Shown: positions 26,656 to 38,718, counted from the first letter of the stretch. The stretch: DNA of 64,000 nucleotides from Planctomycetota bacterium (GCA_038060895.1 JBBTCT010000006.1:60600-124599), one strand, 5' to 3'. The notes: a model not told the origin generated them from the sequence alone. Program-made: numbers and translations.

Positions 26656-27592
26656 TCCGGGAAGCGTCCGCTCGTTCTCGCTCGCGGTGCCGCAGACGGT
26701 TCACGCGGTGGGATGCGTTATTTTTGCCGTGATGGCCCTGTGGGCGGCGCTCCGGGCGCGCTCGCTGGCGGTGCGCGGCGGTTCCGACCCGCACGCCGTG
26801 TTCATTGCGCGCCTCACCGCGGTCCTTGTCGCGCTCGCGCTCGCCCTTGCGGTCCCGGCGCTTCTCAAACCGCCGCGTGGAGGCCCCCGCGAGCTCGCCG
26901 ATGCCGTCCGCTCTGCCGCGGCGCTCGGGTGCGGCGTCGTCGCGCTCTTCATCGCCTCGGCCCGTCGCGACGCGAGCGCCGTGGCAGCGCTGACCTCGCG
27001 CATCCGCGAGCTCGAGCGCGACCTCGGCGGCCTCGTCGCCGCCGCGGGCGATCTGCGGACCCAGGCGGCCGCCGTCCAGAGGGGGGCCGAAGCGGTCGCG
27101 ACCGTCGATGCGCTCACGGGGCTTGCTTCGCGGAAACTCTTCGACGAGATGTTCGCGCGAGAGCTCAAGCGGGCGAAACGGGCGGAGCGCCCCGTCGCGC
27201 TGGCTGTCGCGCAAGTCGACTGGCTCGACAAGTACGCGGGCTCCTTCGGAAGGCAGTCGGCCGACCAGCTCGTGCAGGGGATCGCCAGGATTTTCCAGGC
27301 CCAGGTCCGCGACACCGATCTGCTTGTGCGCTTCGGCCCCGACAAGTTCGCGATCCTGATGCCCGAGACGGACCAGGAGAAGGCGATGGAAATGGCGGAC
27401 TGGATCCGTTCGATGGTCGCGAACTCGCAGTTCGCGAACCGCGAAGAGATGCCGGGCGGGAAGATCTCGGTCAGCATCGGCATCGGGGCATTTCCGACGC
27501 CGGTCATGGATGCGGCGGGGTTCCAGGGGTTGGTGGAAGGGGCGCTGGAGAAGGCGGCGACGGAGAAGAACAGGCTTAGGGCTGTCGTGTAG
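26648..27592 (+). CDS. Membrane protein with degenerate GGDEF domain (GPDKF) and intact RxxD I-site
   Basis: Three TM helices, coiled coil, DALTGL, RDTDLLVRFGPDKFAIL, ISVSIG. Confidence 0.85.
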   Translation: MPDPGSVRSFSLAVPQTVHAVGCVIFAVMALWAALRARSLAVRGGSDPHAVFIARLTAVLVALALALAVPALLKPPRGGPRELADAVRSAAALGCGVVALFIASARRDASAVAALTSRIRELERDLGGLVAAAGDLRTQAAAVQRGAEAVATVDALTGLASRKLFDEMFARELKRAKRAERPVALAVAQVDWLDKYAGSFGRQSADQLVQGIARIFQAQVRDTDLLVRFGPDKFAILMPETDQEKAMEMADWIRSMVANSQFANREEMPGGKISVSIGIGAFPTPVMDAAGFQGLVEGALEKAATEKNRLRAVV

Positions 27593-27610
27593 ACCGCTCC
27601 CGGGCCTCGC

Positions 27611-27638
27611 TTGACACGCTTAGCCAATCCCATACACT
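27611..27638 (+). promoter_or_regulatory. sigma70-type promoter upstream of the suf operon
   Basis: TTGACA-16 nt-TACACT. Confidence 0.6.
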
Positions 27639-27728
27639 CAAGGCTCGGCGGGGGCATCATCGCCGCGTTGCTTCGATGGGGATCGGAGAGGCGCAGCGGA
27701 GGTGCCCCCGATCTTTCGCGACAGGAAT

Positions 27729-27745
27729 AGGACTAATTTAGTCCT
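27729..27745. promoter_or_regulatory. Palindromic operator (Rrf2/IscR/SufR-type) of the suf operon
   Basis: Perfect 8-1-8 palindrome AGGACTAA-T-TTAGTCCT, 25 nt before the sufB start. Confidence 0.75.
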
Positions 27746-27770
27746 GTTTTAGGTTGTCAGGAGAATCACC

Positions 27771-29204
27771 GTGGAACCCGTCGAAGAACTCGCCACAAAG
27801 GAATACAAGTGGGGGTTCGTCACCGAAATCGAGTCTGAGACCATCGCCAAGGGCCTCAGCGAGGACGTCGTCCGCATCATTTCGGCCAAGAAAAACGAGC
27901 CATCCTGGCTCACCGACTGGCGCCTCAACGCCTTCCGCCAGTGGAAGAAAATGACCGAGCCGACCTGGCCCAACGTCACCTACCCGGCCATCGACTACCA
28001 GGCCTGCAGCTACTACTCCGCCCCCAAGCAGAACCTGAAAAAGGGAAGCATGGACGAGGTCGATCCCGAGCTCGTCAAAACCTACGAGAAACTCGGCATC
28101 CCGCTCGACGAGCAGAAGCGCCTCTCCAACGTCGCCGTCGACGCCGTCTTCGACTCCGTCAGCGTCGCGACCACCTGCAAGGACTACCTGGAAAAACTAG
28201 GCATCATCTTCTGCTCGTTCAGCGAAGCGGTGCAGAAGCACCCCGAGCTCATCCGCAAGTACCTCGGCAGCGTCGTCCCCACGAACGACAACTTCTTCGC
28301 TTCGCTCAACAGCGCCGTCTTCAGCGACGGCTCCTTCTGCTGGATCCCGAAGGGCGTCAAGTGCCCGATGGAGCTGTCGACGTACTTCCGCATCAACGCC
28401 GCGGACACGGGGCAGTTCGAGCGGACGCTGATCGTGGCGGAGGAAGGCGCGACGGTGTCGTACCTCGAGGGGTGCACGGCGCCGAAGCGCGACACGAACC
28501 AGCTTCATGCGGCGGTCGTGGAACTCGTCGCGGCGGAAAACGCGAACATCAAGTACTCGACGGTGCAGAACTGGTATCCCGGCGACAAGGAAGGGAAGGG
28601 CGGGATCTACAACTTCGTGACGAAGCGCGGCAAGTGCGCCGGCGCAAACTCGAAGATCAGCTGGACGCAGGTGGAAACGGGGTCGGCAATCACGTGGAAG
28701 TACCCAAGCGTGATCCTGCAGGGGGACAACTCGGTCGGCGAGTTCTACAGCGTCGCCGTGGTGAACAACCGCCAGCAGGCCGACACCGGGACGAAGATGA
28801 TCCATATCGGGAAGAACACGCGGTCCACGATCGTGTCGAAGGGAATTTCCGCGGGGAAGGGGCAGAACACCTACCGCGGGCAGGTGAAGGTGCTGAAGAA
28901 GGCGGCCGGTGCGCGGAACTACACGCAGTGTGACTCTCTTCTGATCGGCGACCGCTGCGGCGCCCACACGTTCCCGTACATCGAGGTGCAGAACTCCACG
29001 GCGAAGGTGGAGCACGAGGCCTCGACGTCGAAGATCAGCGAGGACCAGATTTTCTACTGCAAGCAGCGCGGCGTCTCGACGGAGAACGCGATCAACATGA
29101 TCGTGAACGGGTTCTGCAAGGAAGTGTTCCGCGAGCTGCCGATGGAGTTTGCGGTTGAAGCGCAGAAGCTGCTTGGGGTGAGCCTGGACGGGAGCGTCGG
29201 GTAA
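27771..29204 (+). CDS. sufB: Fe-S cluster assembly scaffold SufB
   Basis: [49 protein letters not shown]. Confidence 0.98.
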   Translation: MEPVEELATKEYKWGFVTEIESETIAKGLSEDVVRIISAKKNEPSWLTDWRLNAFRQWKKMTEPTWPNVTYPAIDYQACSYYSAPKQNLKKGSMDEVDPELVKTYEKLGIPLDEQKRLSNVAVDAVFDSVSVATTCKDYLEKLGIIFCSFSEAVQKHPELIRKYLGSVVPTNDNFFASLNSAVFSDGSFCWIPKGVKCPMELSTYFRINAADTGQFERTLIVAEEGATVSYLEGCTAPKRDTNQLHAAVVELVAAENANIKYSTVQNWYPGDKEGKGGIYNFVTKRGKCAGANSKISWTQVETGSAITWKYPSVILQGDNSVGEFYSVAVVNNRQQADTGTKMIHIGKNTRSTIVSKGISAGKGQNTYRGQVKVLKKAAGARNYTQCDSLLIGDRCGAHTFPYIEVQNSTAKVEHEASTSKISEDQIFYCKQRGVSTENAINMIVNGFCKEVFRELPMEFAVEAQKLLGVSLDGSVG

Positions 29205-29240
29205 CGGAGTTGCGAGTGAACACGAAAGGAACGGATCGGA

Positions 29241-30002
29241 ATGCTTGAGATCAAGGATCTGCATGCTTCGGTCGGGAAGAAGGAAATTCTCAAGGGCCTC
29301 TCGCTCAGCGTGAAGGCCGGGGAAGTCCACGCCATCATGGGCCCGAACGGCTCCGGCAAAAGCACGCTCGCGCAGGCGCTTGCCGGGCACCCGTCTTACA
29401 CGGTCACTTCCGGATCGATCACCTACCTCGGCGAGGATCTCCTCGAGAAGTCGCCCGAGGACCGGGCCAAGAACGGCATCTTCCTCGCGTTCCAGTACCC
29501 GGTGGAGATCCCGGGCGTTTCCAACTCGTACTTCCTGCGCGCGGGATATAACGAGATCCGCAAGCACAAGGGCGAGCCTGAGCTGGACGCGATGGACTTC
29601 ACCAAGCTGCTGAAAGAGAAGTCCAAGATCCTCCACATCGACGAAGCGCTCCTCAACCGTCCTGTCAACGAGGGCTTCTCCGGCGGCGAAAAGAAGCGCA
29701 ACGAGATCTTCCAGCTCGCCGTCCTCGAGCCGAAGCTCGCCATCCTCGACGAAACCGACTCCGGCCTCGACATCGACGCCCTCCGCACCGTCGCCGACGG
29801 CGTGAACAAGCTGCGCTCGAAGGACCGCGCGTTCCTCGTCGTGACGCACTACCAGCGCCTCCTCAACTACATCGTGCCGGATTTCGTGCACGTGCTGTCG
29901 GACGGGAAGATCGTCAAGTCAGGCGGCAAGGAACTCGCGCTTGAGCTCGAGAAGCGCGGCTACGACTGGGTCAAGGAGCCCGCTGCCGCGGGGGCGCGAT
30001 GA
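29241..30002 (+). CDS. sufC: Fe-S assembly ATPase SufC
   Basis: [46 protein letters not shown]. Confidence 0.98.
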   Translation: MLEIKDLHASVGKKEILKGLSLSVKAGEVHAIMGPNGSGKSTLAQALAGHPSYTVTSGSITYLGEDLLEKSPEDRAKNGIFLAFQYPVEIPGVSNSYFLRAGYNEIRKHKGEPELDAMDFTKLLKEKSKILHIDEALLNRPVNEGFSGGEKKRNEIFQLAVLEPKLAILDETDSGLDIDALRTVADGVNKLRSKDRAFLVVTHYQRLLNYIVPDFVHVLSDGKIVKSGGKELALELEKRGYDWVKEPAAAGAR

Positions 30003-31344
30003 GCACGGCCGCCATCGATAAACCCGCCGTCCTCGGCGGTTGCTGGCCCGCCCACCTCGAGGCAGGGGAGCGGAGCGAGGGCTGGAAGCGCGTTCCGTGG
30101 GCCACGGAGCTGCGGAAGCTCGGCGCCACGGCGTTCCGCGAGCGTGGGTTTCCGACGACGGCGGACGAGGAATGGCGCTACACGAGCGTCGAAACGCTCG
30201 TGAAGACCGGCTTCCGGCAGTCGCTCGAGCCGAAGAAGGACGCGCTCGTCGCGAACACGGCGAAGATGTTCACGTTCGGGCTGGAGAAGTCGCCGCGCCT
30301 GGTGATGGTAGACGGGTTCTTCTCGCGCGAACTCTCGAGCCTCGAAGGGCTTCCCTCCGGCGTCATCGCGTGCGGCCTCGCCGAAGCGCTCGAGAAGCAC
30401 CGCTCGCTTGTTGAACCGAGGCTCGGCAAGCTTGCGAAGCCCGGCGCAACCGCGTTCACGGCCCTCAACACCGCGCTCTTCCAGGACGGCGCATTCGTTT
30501 ACGTGCCCGACGGGAAGGTTTTCGAGACGCCGCTCCTCGTGCTGCATCTTTCCCACGAGTCTTACCTCGCGAGCCACCCGCGGCACCTCTTCATCCTCGG
30601 CGCCGGCGCGCAGATTTCCCTCGTCGAGGCGTACGCTTCGCCGTCCTGCGACTTGTACTTCACCAACGCCGTCACCGAGGTGGACCTCGGCCGCGGCGCG
30701 CGCCTCTCGTCGGTTCGCATCGAGGCCGAGAGCGGGAACGCCTTCCACGTCGCCAACACGCAGTCGCGGCTCGCGGAAGGCTCGTTCTTCCAGGAATGCA
30801 GCGCCGTGACCGGCGCGGAGTTCTTCCGCCACGATCTCGGCGCGTTCCTCGCGGGCGAGCGCGCGGAAGCGCAGTTCTTCGGCCTGTCGATCGCTTCCGG
30901 CCACCAGCACATCGACCACCACACGGTGATCGACCACGCGGTCCCGAACTGCCCTTCGCGCGAGTTCTACAAGGCGATCCTGAACGGCCGCTCGCACGTG
31001 GTGTTCAACGGCAAGGTGTTCGTGCGCGAAGACGCGCAGAAGACGGACGCGAAGCAGACGAACAAGAACCTCTTGTTGTCGGACGACGCGCGCGTGGACA
31101 CGAAGCCGCAGCTGGAGATTTTCGCGGACGACGTGAAATGCACGCACGGGGCGACGGTCGGGCAGCTGGACGAGGAGATGGTGTTCTACTGCCGCACGCG
31201 GGGGCTCGCACCGGAAGTCGCGCGGGGGATCCTGACGTACGCGTTCGCGCGCGACGTGCTCGTCAACTTCGCGATTCCGGAGACGCGCGAGTGGCTCGAC
31301 CGCTCGATCGTGCAGCGCCTGCTGGATGCCGGAAGGGGTGCGTG

Positions 31345-31345
<1 letters not shown>
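29999..31345 (+). CDS. sufD: Fe-S assembly protein SufD
   Basis: [41 protein letters not shown]. Confidence 0.96.
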
Positions 31346-32612
<1,267 letters not shown>

Positions 32613-32616
<4 letters not shown>

Positions 32617-33065
32617 GCGACCTCACCGAGCTGTACGGCGACGTCATCCTCGAGCACTACAAGCGTCCGCGAAACTTCAAGCTCATCCCCGACGCCACGC
32701 ACAAGGCCTCCGGCGCCAACCCCCTCTGCGGCGACCACATCCAGGTCTTCCTCAAACTGGACGGCGACAAAATCGCCGACATCGGCTTCATGGGGAACGG
32801 CTGCGCCATCTCCCGCGCCGCCGCTTCGATCATGACGCAGGAGATCCTCGGGAAATCGAAGGCCGAGGCGGAAGACCTTTTCCGCAAGTACCACGCCATG
32901 GTCACCCGCGAACCCGGCAAGCCCGCGTCGGGCGAAGACCTCGGCAAACTCGCCGTCTTCGCCGGCGTCGCCGAGTTCCCCGTGCGCGTGAAGTGCGCGA
33001 CGCTGGCGTGGCATGCGATGGAAGCGGCGCTTAAGGGCAAGGCGGAGACGGTCAGCACGGAGTAG
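32613..33065 (+). CDS. sufU: SufU (NifU-like) sulfur acceptor
   Basis: NPLCGD, GCAIS, RVKCATL; ATGA overlap with sufS. Confidence 0.95.
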
Positions 33066-33078
33066 ATTCCGGCGTCGC

Positions 33079-33474
33079 TCAGATCGCGCAGAGCCTGAGC
33101 GCAGAGTGCTTCGCGATCGCAGCGAAATCACGGTCGGGGCTGAGGATCGGGCAGTTTCGTTCCAGGCAAGTCTGCGCGATCAGGACGTCAATCGTGCCCC
33201 GAACGGTGAGCCCTGCCTTTCGGAGCCTGCGAAACAGCTTCGCGGCCTCAATGTGGCCCTGCCAGTCGAGGTCGAACATTGGGAACTTCCCCAGCGTATT
33301 CCGGACCGCATCGAACGAGCGGTCGTCCCTGATGCCCTGGAGCACCTCGGTCAGGATGAGCGGCGTCAGGGCCAGGGGCTCGTTTGACCCCATCGCGCGT
33401 TCCAGGCGCTGCACATGCGCGCTGGAGGTTCCGTTCAGCCATTCCGCCCAGACCGCCGAGTCGATGAGAATCAA
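33079..33474 (-). CDS. vapC: PIN-domain toxin VapC
   Basis: MILIDSAVW, ILTEVLQG, IDVLIAQTC, DRDF acidic PIN residues. Confidence 0.93.
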   Translation of the reverse strand: MILIDSAVWAEWLNGTSSAHVQRLERAMGSNEPLALTPLILTEVLQGIRDDRSFDAVRNTLGKFPMFDLDWQGHIEAAKLFRRLRKAGLTVRGTIDVLIAQTCLERNCPILSPDRDFAAIAKHSALRLCAI

Positions 33475-33674
33475 ACGCGGGACCTCCGCAACGCGTCGAT
33501 ATCGCCTTCCCAGCGGACCTTCCCCCGGAGCTTTCGCAGACCTTCATACGCCTCGGCCTGATCGGCAACCCGATGAAGGGCGAGATCCACCGTCTTCCGT
33601 ATCGTGGATGCTCCCAGGAGTTTCATGACCCGCCGGACGAGCCTGTCGTCGATGACGATGTTGGTCCTGCGCAC
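33471..33674 (-). CDS. vapB: Antitoxin VapB
   Basis: RTNIVIDDRL..LRGKVRWEGDIDALR; 4-nt overlap with vapC; AAGGAG RBS. Confidence 0.92.
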   Translation of the reverse strand: MRRTNIVIDDRLVRRVMKLLGASTIRKTVDLALHRVADQAEAYEGLRKLRGKVRWEGDIDALRRSRV

Positions 33675-33687
33675 TCGTTGCTCCTTC

Positions 33688-33714
33688 TACACATTCATAA
33701 CGTCCCCGTGTGTA
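33688..33714. promoter_or_regulatory. Probable vapBC autoregulatory inverted repeat
   Basis: TACACA-15 nt-TGTGTA immediately upstream of the vapB RBS. Confidence 0.5.
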
Positions 33715-33827
33715 TCCCCGATTTTAGGTTCCGCAGGAAACGGAGTCAATACAGTGCCGGCTCTTCTGTCCCACAGGCCGGGCCCTATAATGCCTCCCGG
33801 CCCGCAACGCGAGCCGGTGGAGGCTTC

Positions 33828-35483
33828 ATGAAGAATCTGCTGTGGACGTTCCTATTCTGCTCCCTGCTCGTCCTGCCGGCTGCCGCGGATCGAGAGGCCG
33901 CCCGCAAGGCGCAGCTCGAGGGGAACGAGGCGTTCTCGCGCGGTGACAACGAAGCGGCGATCAAGGCCTGCTCCCGCGCGACGTCGCCTACGGGTATCTC
34001 CTCGGTACACCCGGGGCCGGCGAGCTGTACCACGCCGACGAAGCGCTCGGCTGCCTTGAAAACGCGTGCCGCCAGACCGTGAAGACGTTTGCGTTCACGA
34101 CGCGCGCCGCCTGAACCCGTACCTGTCGGCGCACGCGAAGCGTATCGAGGGGCTGTCGGAGTTCGTGGCGTCCATCGACCGGGAGATCGCGACCGAAGCG
34201 AAGGCCGACCCTGCGCGGCTGACGTACGAGCTCGCGACGCACCTCCTGACGGTAGCCGAGATCGAGACGCTGGCGCGCCGGTACGAATTTACCCGCGCGG
34301 TGAAGGAGTACGAGAAGCTCCTCCCGACGATCGTCTCCCCCGTGCGTACGGCCGGCATCAAGGCGCGCGTCGAGGAGATCAGGGGCATGGCGGCGGCTCA
34401 CGCCAAGCTGGTGGCGGCCGTCAACAAGGGAGGCGTCTTCAAGACGACCGTCGCGCGCCTCGAGCTCTGCCCGGGGGCGGCTTCGTCCTGTTCAAAGGGC
34501 GCTGGGTGACGCCGGAGGAAAGAACCAATCTCGAGAAGGGACTCGTACGCTTCCAGCGCCAATGGGTCACTCCCGAGGACCGCGAAAAGCTCGCGCGCGG
34601 CCTGATCCTCGTGAGCGGCAAATGGGTCCCGAACGACGAGAAGGCGCTGCTCGCCGCCGGGTTTCGCCGCTACAAGGACCAGTGGATGAGCGCGGAGGAC
34701 TGTGCCGCGGTGCGGGGAAAGTGGGCGGACGCCTGGACCGAGGAGACGGCTCACTACAAGATCCGCACCAACCAGGGCGAAGCGTTCGCGAAAGAACTCG
34801 CGTCGGTCGCCGAGAAGGCGTGGTCGGAATTCCGCGACTTCTGGTTCATGAAGGAGCCTTCCCTCCCCGTGGGCTCGAAGATGGAACTCTGGGCGTTCCG
34901 CGAGTACGAGGACTACCGCCGGCATTGCGCGGAGAACAAGGCTGAGGCGCAACTGAACGCAGCCGGATTCGCCACCTCGGAAACCAACGTCGTCGTCGGC
35001 TGGAACAAGACCGGGAACGAGCAGCTCTTCCTGCAGACAATGGTCCACGAGGCCGCGCACCTCTATTACTTCCGCGTCGCCGCGCCTTCGAGTCTCCCTT
35101 CCTGGCACGCCGAGGGAATGGCCACCTATTTCGAGGGATTCGAGCACGCGGCCGACGGCTGGAAATTCGGGACCCTCGCCTCGGGACGCATCGACCTGGC
35201 TCGGGACGCGATGAAGAGCGGGACGCATCTGCCGCTCGCGGACCTGCTGGCCGGCGACGCCCTCGCCCTGATCAACTCGGACACGCGAAAGGCGCTTCTC
35301 TTCTACTCGGAATCCTGGGCGCTGAACTTCTACCTGGTCCGGACCGACAACCCGAAGTATCACGACGGCTACGAGAATTTCCGGAAAGCGGTCATGTCCG
35401 GCAAGAAAGCGTCGCTCGCGGATTTCATGGGGGATCTCAAGCAGCTGGAGAAGGACTGGGTGACGTTCGTGTGCGGGCTGTGA
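33828..35483 (+). pseudogene. Fragmented exported TPR plus DUF1570 zinc-metallopeptidase gene
   Basis: Signal peptide and TPR start, then protein-like sequence switches frame near 33975, 34105 and 34465; the final frame has WVTPE repeats, MVHEAAH (HEXXH) and PSWHAEGMATYFE. Confidence 0.7.
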
Positions 35484-35529
35484 GAAAGGGACAGGGCAGC
35501 CGCCGACGTGGGGCCGCCCTGTTTCTTTC
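35484..35529. terminator. Bidirectional hairpin terminator
   Basis: GAAAGGGACAGGGC ... GCCCTGTTTCTTTC between convergent genes. Confidence 0.6.
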
Positions 35530-35531
35530 GG

Positions 35532-35843
35532 CTACTGCGAGGAATACGCGTTGTCGACGACGATGTCTTTGTCGTTGAAGTCGACGACGAGCGCCTTGGC
35601 GGTCGTGCGCGAGCCTCCGTGGCTCGAGTAACCGTAAGAGTAGGTGTACCGCTGGACCGCGCCGTTGGTTGCACCGTTGACCCCGGCCATGCCGCCCGGC
35701 TTCCCGAACCACTGCTCGATTTCCGCCTTCGTCGTCTGGCCGTTCTTGATGTTCCCGACCTTCGATTCGTCGAAATTGCGGCCGGAACTGGCGCATGCCG
35801 ACAGCGCGAGTACGAGCGGCAGGACCGTCATGGCCTTTCGCAT
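35532..35843 (-). CDS. SmpA/OmlA (BamE-like) small lipoprotein
   Basis: Lipobox LSAC; IKNGQTTKAEIEQWFGKP; LVVDFN; GGAGG RBS. Confidence 0.85.
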   Translation of the reverse strand: MRKAMTVLPLVLALSACASSGRNFDESKVGNIKNGQTTKAEIEQWFGKPGGMAGVNGATNGAVQRYTYSYGYSSHGGSRTTAKALVVDFNDKDIVVDNAYSSQ

Positions 35844-35975
35844 TTTCCCTCCCGTTGGAGATGGGGCCTCAACCAGGAACCGTGCTCCAGATGCTCTTCA
35901 GTCTGCCAATTTCCACGCGAAACATGTGCCGCTGTTTGCGCTGCGCGCCCGCGCCAACCGATGTTTAATGGACCA

Positions 35976-37205
35976 ATGGCCTTGGATCCCCGGCTCGTCC
36001 GCGGAAATTTCCCGATCCTGCAGCGACAGGTGCGCGGAAAGCCCCTCGTGTACCTCGACAGCGCGGCGACGTCGCAGAAGCCCGAGGTCGTCATCGACAC
36101 AATGGCGCGCTTCTATCGCGAGTCGAATGCCAACGTCCACCGCGGCGCCTACAAGCTCAGCGAGGACGCGACCGCGATGTTCGAAGGGACGCGCGAGAAG
36201 GTCGCGAAGTACATCGGCGCACCGTCGGCCGAGGGGGTCATCTACGTCCGGAACACGACGGAAGCGATCAACCTGGTGGCGCACGGGTGGGGGCGGAAGT
36301 TCCTGAAGGCGGGGGACGAGATTCTGCTGACGGAGATGGAGCACCATTCGAACCTGGTGCCGTGGCATCTGCTGAAGCGCGACCGCGGGATTGTGCTGAA
36401 GCACATCCCGATCACGGACGAGGGTCGGCTCGACCTTTCGAAGCTCGACGACCTGCTGACCAAGAAGACGAAGCTGGTCGCGGTCTGCCACGCCTCAAAC
36501 GTGCTCGGGACGATCAATCCGATCGCGGAGCTCGCGGCGAAGGCGCATGCGGTCGGCGCGCTGCTCCTCGCCGACGGCGCGCAGGCCGTGCCGCACATGA
36601 AGGTCGACGTCAGCGCTCTCGGCTGCGACTTCTACGCGTTCAGCGCGCACAAGATGTGCGGGCCGACGGGGGTCGGCGTGCTGTGGGCCCGCCCCGAGAT
36701 CCTCAAGGAGATGGACCCGTTCATGGTCGGCGGCGAGACGATCCTCGAGGTCTTCCTCGACCGCTCCACCTTCCGCGACCCCCCGCACCGCTTCGAGCCC
36801 GGCACTCCGGCCGTCGCCGAAGTCGCCGGCCTCGGCGCCGCCATCGACTACCTCTCCGCGCTCGGCCTCGACGCCGTCCACGCCCACGAGGAATCCCTCG
36901 CCGAATACGCCCAGAAGAAACTCGCCGCCATCCCCGGCCTCGTCCTCTTCGGCCCCCGCTCCGGCCCGCGCGGCGGCGTCGCCTGCTTCACCCTCGAGCC
37001 CATCCACCCCCACGACCTCGCCACCTGCCTCGACCAGGACGGCCTCTGCATCCGCGCCGGCCACCATTGCGCCCAGCCCCTCATGCGCCGCCTCGGCGTC
37101 GTCGCTACGGCGCGCGCCAGTTTCTACGTGTATACTTCGCCCTCCGACATCGACCTCATGGTCGAATCCCTCAACCGAACACGGGAGTTTTTCGGATGTC
37201 GCTAG
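35976..37205 (+). CDS. sufS: Second SufS-type cysteine desulfurase
   Basis: YLDSAATSQKP, EHHSNLVPW, SAHKM, RAGHHCAQP. Confidence 0.95.
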   Translation: MALDPRLVRGNFPILQRQVRGKPLVYLDSAATSQKPEVVIDTMARFYRESNANVHRGAYKLSEDATAMFEGTREKVAKYIGAPSAEGVIYVRNTTEAINLVAHGWGRKFLKAGDEILLTEMEHHSNLVPWHLLKRDRGIVLKHIPITDEGRLDLSKLDDLLTKKTKLVAVCHASNVLGTINPIAELAAKAHAVGALLLADGAQAVPHMKVDVSALGCDFYAFSAHKMCGPTGVGVLWARPEILKEMDPFMVGGETILEVFLDRSTFRDPPHRFEPGTPAVAEVAGLGAAIDYLSALGLDAVHAHEESLAEYAQKKLAAIPGLVLFGPRSGPRGGVACFTLEPIHPHDLATCLDQDGLCIRAGHHCAQPLMRRLGVVATARASFYVYTSPSDIDLMVESLNRTREFFGCR

Positions 37206-37624
37206 AAAGCCTCTACCAGGAAATCATCATGGAGCACTTCAAGGCTCCACGGAACCGCGGCGAAATCGCCACCCCCGACGTCTCGATCTCCATGAACAAC
37301 CCCTTCTGCGGCGACGACATCACCCTCCACCTCGCCCTCAAGGACGGCAAGGTCTCCGACGTGAAGTTCCGCGGCCGCGGCTGCGCCATCTCGCAGGCGT
37401 CCGCGTCGCTCATGACCGAGATCCTGAAGGGCAAGCCGATGGCCGAAGCGATGTCGAGCGCCTCGCTCTTCAAGAAGATGATGCGCGGCGAGACGAAGAA
37501 GCACGAAGCCGACCCGCTGGGCGACATCGTCGCGCTGGAGGGCGTGCGCAAGTTTCCGGTGCGCGTGAAGTGCGCGCTCCTTGCGTGGAGTGCGTTTGAG
37601 GAAGGCGTGAAGGGGAAGAAGTAG
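37196..37624 (+). CDS. sufU: Second SufU (NifU-like) protein
   Basis: NPFCGD, GCAISQAS, RVKCALL. Confidence 0.93.
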   Translation: MSLESLYQEIIMEHFKAPRNRGEIATPDVSISMNNPFCGDDITLHLALKDGKVSDVKFRGRGCAISQASASLMTEILKGKPMAEAMSSASLFKKMMRGETKKHEADPLGDIVALEGVRKFPVRVKCALLAWSAFEEGVKGKK

Positions 37625-38184
37625 TGCTGGTTTTCCCTGGTCCCGCGCGGAGCTGGCAAGCTTCAGCGGGAGCACTCGGGTGCGCGCTCTTCCTGACTGC
37701 GCCCGTAATGGTCGCCCTGATCTACCTCTTGCGACTGCCGCGATGGCAACTCGGATTGGCCGTTCCTCTGACGATGATGCTCTTCGGCATTTTTCTGATG
37801 GTCAAGGGCTGGCGGGCCTCAGGAGAACTGCCGACGGGCCTCTCAATTGGTCCGGCGGGCGTAACCGCCCTCGCGGGAGATGACAGGGTGTGGGTCATAG
37901 ACTGGGCGGACCTCGACCAGATTGAGTCTTCCGAGGACAGATCGGTCGATGGCGGGCAGAAGTACATCCTCAAGCTAAGTGCCCGCGCTGGCGGCAAGTC
38001 ACAATTCATCGTGGGCGGCACCTCGCACGATGGATTCGAGGTTACCGTGGACGAAAGGGTTGTTCGGGACCCGATCGCTAGGCTTGCGGCGGCGCTCACT
38101 TGGTATCGCGACCACCCAGAGTCTCGAAGCGAGCTTGAGCGGACCATCTGTATCCGGCACCGGTTGGAGACTCTTGGCGCTTGA
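37624..38184 (+). CDS. Hypothetical 2-TM membrane protein (PH-like C-domain)
   Basis: Two TM helices then beta-rich region with IDWADL; atypical codon usage. Confidence 0.6.
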   Translation: MLVFPGPARSWQASAGALGCALFLTAPVMVALIYLLRLPRWQLGLAVPLTMMLFGIFLMVKGWRASGELPTGLSIGPAGVTALAGDDRVWVIDWADLDQIESSEDRSVDGGQKYILKLSARAGGKSQFIVGGTSHDGFEVTVDERVVRDPIARLAAALTWYRDHPESRSELERTICIRHRLETLGA

Positions 38185-38714
38185 AAATCCCCCACCGAAA
38201 GGTCGTGACCGCCCTGGCGTTCGCATTCTCATTTTCGCTGACCGGGTGCTTCGTGGTCATGGCCATCCACCACCTGGACCAGCCACGCGGTGGATTCGGC
38301 GTCTTCTCGGATTTGATGTATGTGGTTATCGGCCTCGGGGGCGTCGTCTTGACGGCCCCGCAGCTCCTCAAGCCTTGCATTGTCCGACTCACGCCCGAGT
38401 TCCTGGAGATTTCGCGGACCTTTACGCTCTATCGAATTCCGTGGGAGGAGCTTGAAGACGCGGAAGTGATGGCGAAAGGGCACCTGCCCTTCATGAAAAT
38501 CCGAACCAATCCGCCTCGTTCCAGTTGGATGGCGGAAATGGAACGCAAGCATGGAGACTTCGATCTTGGGCTCTTCTGGTGGGAGGTCGGCGTGCCGATG
38601 AAGTCACTCGCGAAGCTTATCTGGCTGTACGCCTCTGAGGCGTCCGAGCGCGAGGAACTCCGCGACGCAACCAGGACCGCGATGAGGTTCGACAGTCTGC
38701 GAAAGAGTTCCTGA
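38181..38714 (+). CDS. Hypothetical 2-TM membrane protein, probable distant paralog of the preceding gene
   Basis: Two TM helices, IPWEEL, C-terminal LxxYxxxxxxRxEL motif shared with the neighbour; TTGA overlap. Confidence 0.6.
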   Translation: MKIPHRKVVTALAFAFSFSLTGCFVVMAIHHLDQPRGGFGVFSDLMYVVIGLGGVVLTAPQLLKPCIVRLTPEFLEISRTFTLYRIPWEELEDAEVMAKGHLPFMKIRTNPPRSSWMAEMERKHGDFDLGLFWWEVGVPMKSLAKLIWLYASEASEREELRDATRTAMRFDSLRKSS

Positions 38715-38718
38715 CGCG

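Noticed and set aside
33960-34480. Programmed frameshifting or phase variation in the broken peptidase gene
   Set aside because: No slippery heptamers or homopolymer/SSR tracts at the junctions; deletion or assembly error is more parsimonious
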